From Candidatus Bathyarchaeia archaeon (GTDB taxonomy: Archaea > Thermoproteota > Bathyarchaeia > 40CM-2-53-6): a stretch of 44,265 bases of DNA. Shown piece by piece: positions 1 through 8,757 of the stretch. Every line of letters begins with the position of its first letter. The stretch's first letter is position 1. The position numbers and the translations under genes are program-made. The stretch spans positions 1-44,265 of the forward strand of contig JBEKSC010000024.1 of NCBI GenBank assembly GCA_049517415.1, read 5' to 3'. The notes beneath the pieces are model-generated. The model saw nothing but the letters and a program-made list of their open reading frames with translations, ran no database searches and was not told the origin of the DNA.

Positions 1-417
1 GCCGCAATTGGCCAAGGAGTAGGCTTGGTTCTGTCGAAGAAAGGAATCGAACTCAATCCAGCGGCAACATTGAACCCAATATCTGCCACGCTAATGCGCA
101 TGATTCTAGGAGCCTGTTCCCTTTGGCTCGTCCTGGTAGCTGCGGGAAGACTGCCGGAACTTCGTAGTGCTTACAAGAGCAGGGAGGGAATGCGACATAC
201 GTTTGCCGCTGCCGTGGTGGGGCCGTTCCTGGGTGTGACGCTATCCATGATTGCTGTAACCTATGCGGAAGTAGGTATCGCGCAGACCCTACTCTCACTA
301 ATGCCCGTCATGATTATTCCGGTGGTCTGGATACTTTATGGGCAGAGGACAAGTTGGAGAGGAATTCTTGGTGCAACAATCGCAGTAATTGGCGTTGCAG
401 TTCTCTTCCTAGTGTAG
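1..417 (+). CDS. DMT/EamA family transporter, C-terminal part (5'-truncated by window edge)
   Basis: Frame 1 is open from base 1 (AAIGQGVGLVLSK...); multiple TM helices and EamA-type 'GIAQTLLSLMPVMIIP...RGILGATIAVIGV' ending. Confidence 0.85.
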   Translation, partial: AAIGQGVGLVLSKKGIELNPAATLNPISATLMRMILGACSLWLVLVAAGRLPELRSAYKSREGMRHTFAAAVVGPFLGVTLSMIAVTYAEVGIAQTLLSLMPVMIIPVVWILYGQRTSWRGILGATIAVIGVAVLFLV

Positions 418-457
418 AAGCCCCGCACAATTCGATGTAGCGGATCAAATAATCATG

Positions 458-2194
458 TTACGTATTTCCTGAAACGTTTCCTAGAGCATGATAGGGGTTC
501 GGAGGTTGGAGTGTTAGGGGTAGTGCTTCCTTGAACCAGTCGGGTATGTATGGCCAACAGTCTCTGACAAGTTTCTGAAAGCTTCCGTCTACAACGTAGA
601 ACGCTGCTTTGTCGTCGTCGGCTCTAATAGCCCGCCCATACGCCTGAATGACCTCCATCATCGCCTGATTCTCATACCACCTTCTATGCCCAAGCCCTAA
701 CCGGCGGCTCATTCGTCGATCGCTCAGGTCCGCGAAGGGAACTTTCAAGAGGATTTGAGCATCGCAGAGGTCGTACTTCCAATCTTGGCCTTCGTTGAAG
801 GCGACTGAGACGAATACCTTCCCTCGGGAGCGCATCCACTCCTGCAGCTTCTCCTCCCGGTCACGGCTCGTGTGAACGATTAGGCGGGTTCTAATGTCTG
901 CTGGCAAGTGCTCGACGAGGGCTCGTTGATGGCGATAGCTGTGGGAATGGATCGCGACTTTACCCTTTTCTTTACGAAGGATCTCCGTTACTTTCTTCAC
1001 GGCTTGGGGCATGTTCTTGTCCCACTCTTGCTTTGACAGGGGGCCGACGGTTGCGTCGATTATTGGGCGGTTCTCGGCCGGGAAAGTGCTTGGCGATTGG
1101 AGAACACAAATTTCGTCCCGTTCGAGAATTGTTGTGAGGCCGGTCAGCTCGACGAATTCTTCTGGGTCTAGAATGGTGGCCGAGGAGACTACGTAGTACT
1201 CGGCTCGTTTCCAGACGAGTTGCTTCATGAACTCCTTTGCAAATACTGGTTGCAGGAGAAGTTGGTTGTTCCTAATCTGCCAAACCCATTCCGACCGCGA
1301 ATTCATGTAGAGGTAGTAGCTGGCGAGGTATCGCTCAATGAGGTCTCGGTTTTCGGTTTGGACCACTGAGAGCCCTGAAGTTTCGGATTTCTGTTTCAGT
1401 TGCTCCAGGAGTCTGCCAAGCTTCGATTCCAGATCTTCCAGAAATCTTCCAAGGTCCACGTCCGACCCCACCTCCCGAAGGGCGGGTAGTATTTCGTCGT
1501 ATATGTCGTAGGGTATGGAGAAAGGGGATAGTCGCACTGAGACATGGTTGAGGCATTGCTCTTCCAAGTTGTGCGCTTCATCCAAAACTATCAGTGCTCT
1601 GGTTCCTAGGTAAGTCTCGCTTATGCCCTCCGTCTGGCCCTCCGAGATGAGATAAGCGAGGCTCAGAAGAACGCTAGGCGCTTTCAACGCGCGCATCTTC
1701 TGCATCCAGTACGGGCAGATGTCCAAACGTTCGTTGCAGGGGTACTGTTCGGTCTCACATTTCCCTACATGCACACCCCTACTCGGGTTGTAGTAGCACC
1801 TGTAATTCTGCCGGCCTTTGATCTCCACAAATCGCCTCTCCAGTAATGGGTCCCGCATGATCTGGTCGATTAATGCGAGCTGGGGTGTTGCGTAGAACGA
1901 GCGGGTGGCAGACGTGAAGGAGGCATTCACATAGGATTTCCCAGCGCCCGTCGGGGCTACGAGTAGTATGCACTTTATCCCAGAAGTAAACGCGTCGACC
2001 ATCTTAGTGATGGTTTCTTTCTGGTGTTCGCGAAAGGTTCGACTTGGGAATAGGTCTAGCACGTCCCGCGGAGTTAGCTGGCTTGGATTGATCTGTTTCA
2101 ACTGGATGTATGGTTTACCTCTCGTCTCACATGTTGCGCATTCCGTGAGGCCTACTGGGATGTAAGCTCCACATTCCCGGCAGAAATCAACCAT
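458..2194 (-). CDS. DinG/Rad3/XPD-like SF2 helicase (helicase C2 domain) with N-terminal Zn ribbon
   Basis: Walker A APTGAGKS, DEAH, SAT, 'QAYGRAIR' motif VI, Cys cluster typical of the Fe-S domain; N-terminal CxxC...CxxC; ATG at 2194 chosen. Confidence 0.85.
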   Translation of the reverse strand: MVDFCRECGAYIPVGLTECATCETRGKPYIQLKQINPSQLTPRDVLDLFPSRTFREHQKETITKMVDAFTSGIKCILLVAPTGAGKSYVNASFTSATRSFYATPQLALIDQIMRDPLLERRFVEIKGRQNYRCYYNPSRGVHVGKCETEQYPCNERLDICPYWMQKMRALKAPSVLLSLAYLISEGQTEGISETYLGTRALIVLDEAHNLEEQCLNHVSVRLSPFSIPYDIYDEILPALREVGSDVDLGRFLEDLESKLGRLLEQLKQKSETSGLSVVQTENRDLIERYLASYYLYMNSRSEWVWQIRNNQLLLQPVFAKEFMKQLVWKRAEYYVVSSATILDPEEFVELTGLTTILERDEICVLQSPSTFPAENRPIIDATVGPLSKQEWDKNMPQAVKKVTEILRKEKGKVAIHSHSYRHQRALVEHLPADIRTRLIVHTSRDREEKLQEWMRSRGKVFVSVAFNEGQDWKYDLCDAQILLKVPFADLSDRRMSRRLGLGHRRWYENQAMMEVIQAYGRAIRADDDKAAFYVVDGSFQKLVRDCWPYIPDWFKEALPLTLQPPNPYHALGNVSGNT

Positions 2195-2320
2195 CACAAG
2201 CACCTTACCTAACCGTGAACTCCATTGGGTCCCTCTAACTTCAGTTGTCGTTCGCGAGGTACGGTTCTCAGTTAAATTTCTTGAGGGCTACAGGAGAGTC
2301 GATATCTACGGCGATCCGCA

Positions 2321-3601
2321 ATGTCTGTCTTTAGTCCCGAAAGAGAATGGGGCGTAACCATAAAGAATCTCGTACTAGATTGCGGCTCTCAACTCGATCG
2401 TCATGTATTGGTCGATGGCGTGTCCCACTTGTTGAATCCGAGTTTTAGGCGCGTGCTTCCAGCTTATGTTATTGTGCTTCTCTGGAATGTTTCTTGGTCG
2501 GTAACGATTACGGGCCCTGTCCTGCCTCTCTACATTGAAACGCTTGGAATCGGCATCGTCGGATGGAGCACGTTAGCTGCTATGTTCGCTTTGGGGATGT
2601 TTCTTTTCGAATGGGTGTGGGGGAGTCTAAGTGACAGAACTAATCGAAGGCATCTCCTGATCTTTTCTTTACTGTGCATGAGCGCAATTTTTGTCCTCTA
2701 CACCCGTCATGGTTCCTTTTTCTTCTTCTTAGTTCTCCAACTCCTTTCTGGAGCGGTTGGAGTCGTGGTTGGACCTACGACTAGGGCGTCTGTATCAGAG
2801 GAATCTTCCTTGAAATCTGCCGGGCTGTACGCGAGTCTTTGGTGGGTTTCTTCCTCCATCGGCCGGATCATCGGTCCTTTGATTGGAACGTACATTGCTC
2901 AAGGCTGGTCGTTCGAGTATTCGTTCTACGCCTCATCTGCGCTGAGCGTTCTTTTGATTTTCATTGTGTTGTGGTCGTTTCCACCCAGCCGCAAATTGGC
3001 CGGAAGATCAAAGAGCATGATTTATGGCCTCAATTCTACTCTGCGGAGGCGTTCAGCGCAATTCCTTTTCCTCTCAGCGATTTTCGCTTTCATGGGGTTC
3101 TCTATTGTTCGAACTTTTCTACCCCTATACGCTTCGGGGGTGGTTGGGATGTCAACTGTTGAAGTTGGGACGCTCATTTCAATCGTTGCTGCTTCCCAAT
3201 TGGTTGCGATCCTGTTTCTCGGTTGGTTCTCCGACAGGTTTGGCCGAAAGCCGATGACTATCATTGCGTTCTTGCTTTGTTCTGGCTCTTTCTTGCTCTA
3301 CCTCTTCGCGAACACCGCTTACCAGATTTTCCTTGTCTCCATTGCCGCCGGCCTGGGCCTTTCAGCAACGTCGCTGCTACTCGCCATTGTACCAGACGTC
3401 ACTCCCAAGAGAATGTACGGCACAGTCGTAGGAATCTATGGCTCATGCGAAGACCTGGGCATAATGGTAGGGCCACTCGTCTATGGGTTAGTGTGGAGCA
3501 CCATTGGTCCGGTCTACATTTTTATGGCGAGTTCAGTAACGCAGGTCTTGAGCGCAGCGCTAGTATTTGCAATTAAGCAAAAGCGCTCCAGCAACCCATA
3601 G
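2321..3601 (+). CDS. MFS transporter
   Basis: 12 TM pattern, motif A twice (WGSLSDRTNRR, GWFSDRFGRK); true start probably ~35 codons downstream. Confidence 0.9.
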   Translation: MSVFSPEREWGVTIKNLVLDCGSQLDRHVLVDGVSHLLNPSFRRVLPAYVIVLLWNVSWSVTITGPVLPLYIETLGIGIVGWSTLAAMFALGMFLFEWVWGSLSDRTNRRHLLIFSLLCMSAIFVLYTRHGSFFFFLVLQLLSGAVGVVVGPTTRASVSEESSLKSAGLYASLWWVSSSIGRIIGPLIGTYIAQGWSFEYSFYASSALSVLLIFIVLWSFPPSRKLAGRSKSMIYGLNSTLRRRSAQFLFLSAIFAFMGFSIVRTFLPLYASGVVGMSTVEVGTLISIVAASQLVAILFLGWFSDRFGRKPMTIIAFLLCSGSFLLYLFANTAYQIFLVSIAAGLGLSATSLLLAIVPDVTPKRMYGTVVGIYGSCEDLGIMVGPLVYGLVWSTIGPVYIFMASSVTQVLSAALVFAIKQKRSSNP

Positions 3602-3748
3602 CGGTCCAGACGGGCAAGGTGAAACTCAGGGCGTTGGCAACTGCCCGGTTTCAGCGAAAACCAATTCAATCGTCATCGAGGATGACCCAAAGAAGTTCTT
3701 TCCTGATTCACGAATGTATTGACCGGCATACACACTCAATGATTCTCC

Positions 3749-3803
3749 CACGCGCGCCTGCGCGACGTGGGGGTGGCTGGGGGGTCTGTAGTTTTGTACG
3801 CGC
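3749..3803. repeat. Degenerate copy of GC-rich dispersed repeat family
   Basis: CTGCGCGACG + G-runs + TGTAGTTTTGT, resembling the 35161-35211 copy. Confidence 0.4.
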
Positions 3804-3945
3804 AGTCCCGTGGGGGAAGCGGAGTTCTCGTTTACCGCCTTACCCAGCAGTTCAGGGAAGTTTCAGTGTTCACTCCCTGAGGTGGGCCGAGCCCTGCGAG
3901 CCAATCCGCAACCGGGCAACGATAATCCGCCAAGTTGGATTGCGC

Positions 3946-4263
3946 ATGGGTAAACGACGCACGATTAACGTCATCTTGCGTTTCTGTAGCTACGAGTTGG
4001 AGGAGTTAGATAATCTCGTCAACGCGTACGGAGGGCTCCCTCGAAGCAGCCTCGTCAATATTGCACTCGATGAATTCCTATACTCGCCCAAAGAACAAGA
4101 CTTCAAGATGTGCAGGAAACATAGAGTCAACCTAGCCATAAGGCCCGATAAGCTAAGCAATTTAGCCCAATACGCAAAGGCATACGGAGTACGCCGAACC
4201 GACCTAATCCACCTAGCAATACGCAACTTCAAACAAAAGTATTCCACCCAGGACATACCCTGA
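3946..4263 (+). CDS. Tandem ribbon-helix-helix (CopG-like) DNA-binding protein
   Basis: Two internal RHH-like units (INVILRF...ELDNL...RSSLVNIALDEFL; VNLAIRPDKL..L..YA...RTDLIHLAIRNF); ATG at 3946 inside the longer ORF. Confidence 0.6.
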   Translation: MGKRRTINVILRFCSYELEELDNLVNAYGGLPRSSLVNIALDEFLYSPKEQDFKMCRKHRVNLAIRPDKLSNLAQYAKAYGVRRTDLIHLAIRNFKQKYSTQDIP

Positions 4264-4563
4264 GAATCATGAAGGCTCTAAAATACGCGCCGCCTTCCTC
4301 AAAAGAAAATCATTCCACATCGTGCTCGTATCAACGGTTCAAAAGCAGACGCAAGCATACTACCGTGAGTCTCATCGGCCCCACCACGTATACTCGTAAC
4401 CGCCGAGCCAATAGCAAAGGCGGAATCTTTCTGTGATTCAAACCTTTGACAACCTGTTGTAGATTGGTGCTTTAGTTTTTCATGTGCACCAATGTGCTTC
4501 CCAAGGATGGACCGTGAGCGAGCAACTTATTTTCTGGGTTTTGTTGAATTATTGTGATTAGCT

Positions 4564-4896
4564 TTGTACAAGGTGAATGTGAGCAGTGTTGCGGATGCTC
4601 CAGTTACGGAGGAAGGCTCCAAAGGAACGAGAATAAAATGGGTCATCAATGAAAAAGACGGAGCTCCTACCTTTCTCATGCGCCAGTTCACTCTCGAACC
4701 AGGCGGTTTCACACCCTACCACAAACACGATTGGGAACATGAGGTATACATCCTTGAGGGACAAGGCAAGGTTCGATACGAGAACCGTGAGGAGCCAATC
4801 CAACCCGGGGACGCCATCCTAATCCCGCCCGGCAAAACACATCAGTTCCAAGCGGGCACCGTCGGCCTGAAGTTTCTCTGCATGATACCTAAATGA
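4564..4896 (+). CDS. Cupin domain protein
   Basis: PYHKHDWEHEVYILEG and PGDAILIPPGKTH cupin motifs. Confidence 0.9.
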   Translation: MYKVNVSSVADAPVTEEGSKGTRIKWVINEKDGAPTFLMRQFTLEPGGFTPYHKHDWEHEVYILEGQGKVRYENREEPIQPGDAILIPPGKTHQFQAGTVGLKFLCMIPK

Positions 4897-5208
4897 AAAC
4901 AGGGAAATCACCGCCACCAGGTTACTCCAAGAACTGCAACTTTGATCTTCTAGAGTGAACGAACAACCCTAGGTTGGTTGGGATTCCTTGGAGCCTGCTT
5001 TCGCACGTGCTTAGGAGTGGGTGTGGATGGTTTAATTTTGTGAGGAACATGTTACTTCATCGCGCTTGTGATGGCGTTTCCAGTAGTGGGTGAGGCCGTT
5101 TGGGCACACCCCTTGGGAGGGTACTCGCCCACCTTCGCAGTCTCGTGGTCTCATGGGGTTCGGGTGTATTTCACCAATCATTGGTGGGAATTGGTGGGGC
5201 CGAAGGGA

Positions 5209-5233
5209 TTCTCATGGTTCTGGGGTGAACCAT
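5209..5233 (-). other. tRNA-Trp intron 5 (position 59/60, 25 nt)
   Basis: BHB: TTCA AA|A TGGTTC..GAACCA TGAG AA|T CCC. Confidence 0.9.
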
Positions 5234-5247
5234 TTTGAACCCTCGAC

Positions 5248-5266
5248 TTCCGCCATGCCGTCATGT
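5248..5266 (-). other. tRNA-Trp intron 4 (position 45/46, 19 nt)
   Basis: BHB: CCGT AG|A CATG..CATG GCGG AA|G. Confidence 0.85.
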
Positions 5267-5274
5267 CTACGGGT

Positions 5275-5335
5275 TTCTTCGCTCCTGAAGTTCGTCATTC
5301 CGTTCAGGTCCGCAAACCCGTTAAGGTTTGGTCTT
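5275..5335 (-). ncRNA. tRNA-Trp intron 3 (37/38, 61 nt), putative box C/D guide RNA for Cm34 and Cm39
   Basis: Guide ACGGGTTT + D'-like CGGA, C'-like ATGACGA, guide CTTCAGGAGC + D-like AAGA; the N+5 rule lands on C39 and C34. Confidence 0.7.
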
Positions 5336-5344
5336 CTGGAGCCC

Positions 5345-5363
5345 TTGGCGGGAACGTATCCCT
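5345..5363 (-). other. tRNA-Trp intron 2 (position 28/29, 19 nt)
   Basis: Relaxed BHB: GACG AC|A GGGA..TTCC CGCC AA|G with one A.C mismatch; removal restores the 5-bp anticodon stem. Confidence 0.75.
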
Positions 5364-5382
5364 GTCGTCATCCCTGGCTAGA

Positions 5383-5410
5383 GACCGTCACTCCCGAATG
5401 GTCACAGTGT
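5383..5410 (-). other. tRNA-Trp intron 1 (position 10/11, 28 nt)
   Basis: BHB: CCGT AG|A CACT...AGTG ACGG TC|T; perfect 4-bp central helix. Confidence 0.85.
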
Positions 5411-5545
5411 CTACGGCCCCACATCGGAACCGACAAGGCGGCCCCATCCAAGTCACGCATAGCCAGTTGCTATATGGATTTTGGCTGATTCCGCTCAGGC
5501 CCGTCAAGTAGTAATACCGCAAAGCGGGAATTCTAGCCGGTCGCC

Positions 5546-6763
5546 TTGCTCAAGATTGGACTGATTGGGAAAACAAACGCAGGAAAAACTACCTTCTTCA
5601 ACGCGGCAACCCTACTCAGCGCTCCCGTCTCAACTTACCCCTTCACCACGAAGAAACCAAACGTTGGCCAAGCGTACGTTAAGACGATCTGCGTGTGCAG
5701 AGAAATGGGGGTCAAGGACAATCCTAGGAATTCATCTTGCATCGAAGGCGCTCGGTTTATCCCCATCCAGCTCATCGACCTCCCCGGCCTAATCAAAGGG
5801 TCATGGATGGGAAAAGGCCTCGGCACGCAATTTCTGAGCGTAGCATCACAGGCGGATGCTCTTATCCACATAGCGGATGCGTCAGGGAGCGTGGACGCGG
5901 ATGGAAAACTCACAAAGCCGGGGATGGGAAACCCTGTCGCTGACGTCTACGACATTGAAGAAGAGTTGGTTCGCTGGTTCGCCAAAGTAGTTGAGAAGAG
6001 CCTCAAAAAATTAAAAAAACATGCCAAGAAAGGTTCGTCCGTTGACCGGCTCTTCACGCAAGACCTAGCTGGGCTGAAGATTACCAGCGGACATGTTGCG
6101 AGGGCTTTGGAGGAGAACGCCCTCGAAGATAAAGACCTCGGGCGGTGGAGCCGTGAAGACGTTTGGGGCTACGCGAAGAGTATTAGGCAAATCTCGAAGC
6201 CGACCCTCATTATCGCGAACAAGATGGACCTCGCACACGCGGATAAGAATTACGTGAACCTGGTGAAGGAATTTGGCCAAGCATTCGTACTCCCCGCCTC
6301 GAGTGACGCGGAATTGGCTTTACGCCGCGCCGAGCAGAAAGGTTACATTGAGTACATTCCCGGCGAGGAAGTTTTCAAGGTCAAAAACAATGAGAAGTTG
6401 ACGACTGAGCAGAGGGAGGCCTTGACCTATGTTGAGCAGCGTGTTTTCTCGAAATGGATTCGAACTGGCGTGCAGTTCGCACTCAACACCTGCGTCTTCA
6501 AGCTGTTAAGTATGAACGTGGTTTATCCCGTAGAGGATATTGAGAAATTAGCTGACACAAGAGGCAACGTGCTCCCCGACGTTTTCCTCGTTCCCTACAG
6601 CGCTTCAGTCGGCGACTTGGCAGGCCAAGTCCATACTGATTTAGCGAAGACTATGCTTTACGCGGTTGACGCGCGAACGAAGATTCGTTTGCCTGCAGAT
6701 TATAGGTTGAAAGACCGGGACATCGTCACGATCGTAGCGGCTGCGAAGGGAAAATCAAACTAG
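5546..6763 (+). CDS. ychF: YchF/OLA1-like Obg-family NTPase (archaeal type, C-terminal TGS)
   Basis: GKTNAGKT, YPFTT, DLPG, NKMD motifs; TGS-like C-terminus. Confidence 0.9.
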   Translation: MLKIGLIGKTNAGKTTFFNAATLLSAPVSTYPFTTKKPNVGQAYVKTICVCREMGVKDNPRNSSCIEGARFIPIQLIDLPGLIKGSWMGKGLGTQFLSVASQADALIHIADASGSVDADGKLTKPGMGNPVADVYDIEEELVRWFAKVVEKSLKKLKKHAKKGSSVDRLFTQDLAGLKITSGHVARALEENALEDKDLGRWSREDVWGYAKSIRQISKPTLIIANKMDLAHADKNYVNLVKEFGQAFVLPASSDAELALRRAEQKGYIEYIPGEEVFKVKNNEKLTTEQREALTYVEQRVFSKWIRTGVQFALNTCVFKLLSMNVVYPVEDIEKLADTRGNVLPDVFLVPYSASVGDLAGQVHTDLAKTMLYAVDARTKIRLPADYRLKDRDIVTIVAAAKGKSN

Positions 6764-7320
6764 GCACGAATGACTTTCAATAGGTCGGCTTTGGTAATTA
6801 TGCCTTGAACATGCCCCCGCTTCGTGACTAGGACTGCCGGCGAGTACTGCAGCAGGGTGGAAACCATCGACAGCGGCGTTTCCTCATTAACGCTTGGAAA
6901 AGCCTCATCCATGATTTTCTCAATCGATTGCCGTGATATTTCGTCTGGTTTCGGCGCCGAGAACAACTTCTCCAGAATAATCTTCTCGGTCAGACCTCCA
7001 ACAACCCGATCATTGTTGAAGACGGGTAGTTGAGAGAAACCCGTCTCACGCATGACGCGGACACCTTTCGAAACAGGGTCGTGCGCGTGGACGCTGACTA
7101 CTTTACCGTGACTGACGTCTTTGGCTTTGAACTCGTTTTTGCGTTCTAACCCCTCCAGGGTATCGAAGATGGCTTTCGTCTTGAGATAGGAAGGGCTAAT
7201 TCGCTTGCTTTCGACCTTAGCAATCATCGATTGGCTTACGCCTGCTAGGTTGGCTAGTTGCTTCTGGCTCATGGCCAGTAGCCTTCGACGCCTCCCAATT
7301 TCATCAAGAGTCGGTAACAT
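6760..7320 (-). CDS. XRE-HTH + CBS-pair transcriptional regulator
   Basis: SQKQLANLAGVSQSMIAKVES HTH; FSQLPV and GIITKADLL CBS motifs. Confidence 0.9.
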   Translation of the reverse strand: MLPTLDEIGRRRRLLAMSQKQLANLAGVSQSMIAKVESKRISPSYLKTKAIFDTLEGLERKNEFKAKDVSHGKVVSVHAHDPVSKGVRVMRETGFSQLPVFNNDRVVGGLTEKIILEKLFSAPKPDEISRQSIEKIMDEAFPSVNEETPLSMVSTLLQYSPAVLVTKRGHVQGIITKADLLKVIRA

Positions 7321-7483
7321 AGTCTGCAGACCTCTTTTCGAAGGGTATTCTTAGTAGAATACTTTCTTATCGCAAATTTATATTATAGGAATATCGGTCT
7401 TGCGGCAATAACTTGCCGGTGAATCGACATTGAGTAGAATTCGGAGCGCAGTTGGTTCTCCGTCTACGAATGTTGCTTTTGCA

Positions 7484-8656
7484 ATGAGCAATAAGCCTCG
7501 TTCATTCCTGTTTACGTCGGAAAGCGTAACTGAAGGTCACCCTGACAAAGTCGCGGACCAGATTTCGGACTCGATTCTTGATGCGATTATCGAGAAGGAC
7601 CCGAAATCCAGGGTCGATATTGAGACTCTAATAATGAAGGGCACGGTAATCGTCACAGGCCAAATATCTACCAACGCATACGTGCCAATCAATCAAATTG
7701 TTCGAAACGTCCTGAAGGATATTGGATTCGACAACGCAAAGGTAGGTCTCGACTGGGAAGCCTGCGGAGTCCTCGTCTCCATCGAAGAACAGTCTCCCGA
7801 CATTGCAATGGGCGTTGACAAGGAAGATATTGGCGCCGGCGATCAAGGGATGATGTTCGGTCATGCGACAAATGAGACGCCGGAGCTCATGCCGTTGCCT
7901 ATCATGCTAGCCCACAAGCTCGTGAGACGGCTCGCGGCTGTGCGAAAAGAGAAGCTGCTGCCTTACCTCCGGCCGGACGGAAAGTCGCAGGTCACTGTTG
8001 AATATGTGAATGACAAGCCAAGGAGGGTGGACGCAGTCGTCATTGCAGCCCAACATGACGATAATGTAAGCAGAGAACAAATGAGGATGGACATTATTGA
8101 GAAAGTAATCAAAGCAGTCATACCGGAAAGAATGCTCGACAACAATACCAAATTCTTCATCAACGAAACGGGTCGGTTCACCATCGGAGGAACACTCGCG
8201 GACACCGGATTGACGGGTAGGAAGATTATCGTAGACACCTACGGCGGAATCGGTAGCCATGGGGGCGGATGCTATTCTGGAAAAGATCCTACCAAAGTCG
8301 ACAGGTCGGGAAGCTACATGGCCAGGTATATTGCGAAGAACATCGTCGCCGCGGGGTTGGCTGACAAGTGTGATGTGCAAATTGCTTACGCCATTGGTGT
8401 CTCAAAACCGATATCGGTGATGGTCTACACGTATGGAACTGGGAAATTGCCGGACGAGGACATTACGGAGGCGGTAAAAGCAGTTTTCGATATGACTCCT
8501 AAAGGAATCATTGACCACCTCAAATTGCGCCGGCCGATATACCGGAAGACAGCCGCCTACGGACACTTTGGCCGTGACGACCCTGAATTTACTTGGGAAA
8601 GGACTGATAAGGTGGACGAGCTCAGAAAGAGGGCCCATTACAGTATGGATCATTGA
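7484..8656 (+). CDS. metK: S-adenosylmethionine synthetase, bacterial/eukaryotic type
   Basis: [54 protein letters not shown]. Confidence 0.97.
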   Translation: MSNKPRSFLFTSESVTEGHPDKVADQISDSILDAIIEKDPKSRVDIETLIMKGTVIVTGQISTNAYVPINQIVRNVLKDIGFDNAKVGLDWEACGVLVSIEEQSPDIAMGVDKEDIGAGDQGMMFGHATNETPELMPLPIMLAHKLVRRLAAVRKEKLLPYLRPDGKSQVTVEYVNDKPRRVDAVVIAAQHDDNVSREQMRMDIIEKVIKAVIPERMLDNNTKFFINETGRFTIGGTLADTGLTGRKIIVDTYGGIGSHGGGCYSGKDPTKVDRSGSYMARYIAKNIVAAGLADKCDVQIAYAIGVSKPISVMVYTYGTGKLPDEDITEAVKAVFDMTPKGIIDHLKLRRPIYRKTAAYGHFGRDDPEFTWERTDKVDELRKRAHYSMDH

Positions 8657-8757
8657 ACCCGGGAGTGGTCATGGCGTAAATGGACCGCTGGATTTGCACC
8701 ATTACGTTGATTAGGTAATGTCGGGCGTTCAAGCCGGAACGAGACGAGAAGACCTAC

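Larger units (their letters stand above)
5192..5420 (-). tRNA. tRNA-Trp(CCA) with five introns and encoded CCA
   Basis: Exons 5420-5411, 5382-5364, 5344-5336, 5274-5267, 5247-5234, 5208-5192 join to GGGGCCGTAG TCTAGCCAGGGATGACGAC GGGCTCCAG ACCCGTAG GTCGAGGGTTCAAA TCCCTTCGGCCCCA CCA. This gives acceptor GGGGCCG/CGGCCCC, anticodon stem ACGGG/CCCGT, loop CTCCAGA, variable AGGTC and T arm GAGGG-TTCAAAT-CCCTT. Confidence 0.9.

Noticed and set aside
3619..3945. N-terminal half of ORF 3619-4263
   Set aside because: Runs through the GC-rich repeat; only the part from ATG 3946 looks like protein
5246..5352. Alternative reading as tRNA-Ala(GGC) or Val via CCGCC...GGCATGGCGG
   Set aside because: No G3:U70 pair; those bases fall inside BHB-bounded introns 2 and 4, and the Trp model gives a fully canonical cloverleaf
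5090..5511. ORFs 5090-5488 and 5263-5511 (+)
   Set aside because: Antisense to the tRNA-Trp gene; no protein motifs
7321..7483. SAM riboswitch upstream of metK
   Set aside because: No recognisable SAM-I/II core; the region is an AT-rich divergent promoter
8656..8735. Imperfect hairpin downstream of metK
   Set aside because: Weak pairing with no family motif; cannot be distinguished from chance
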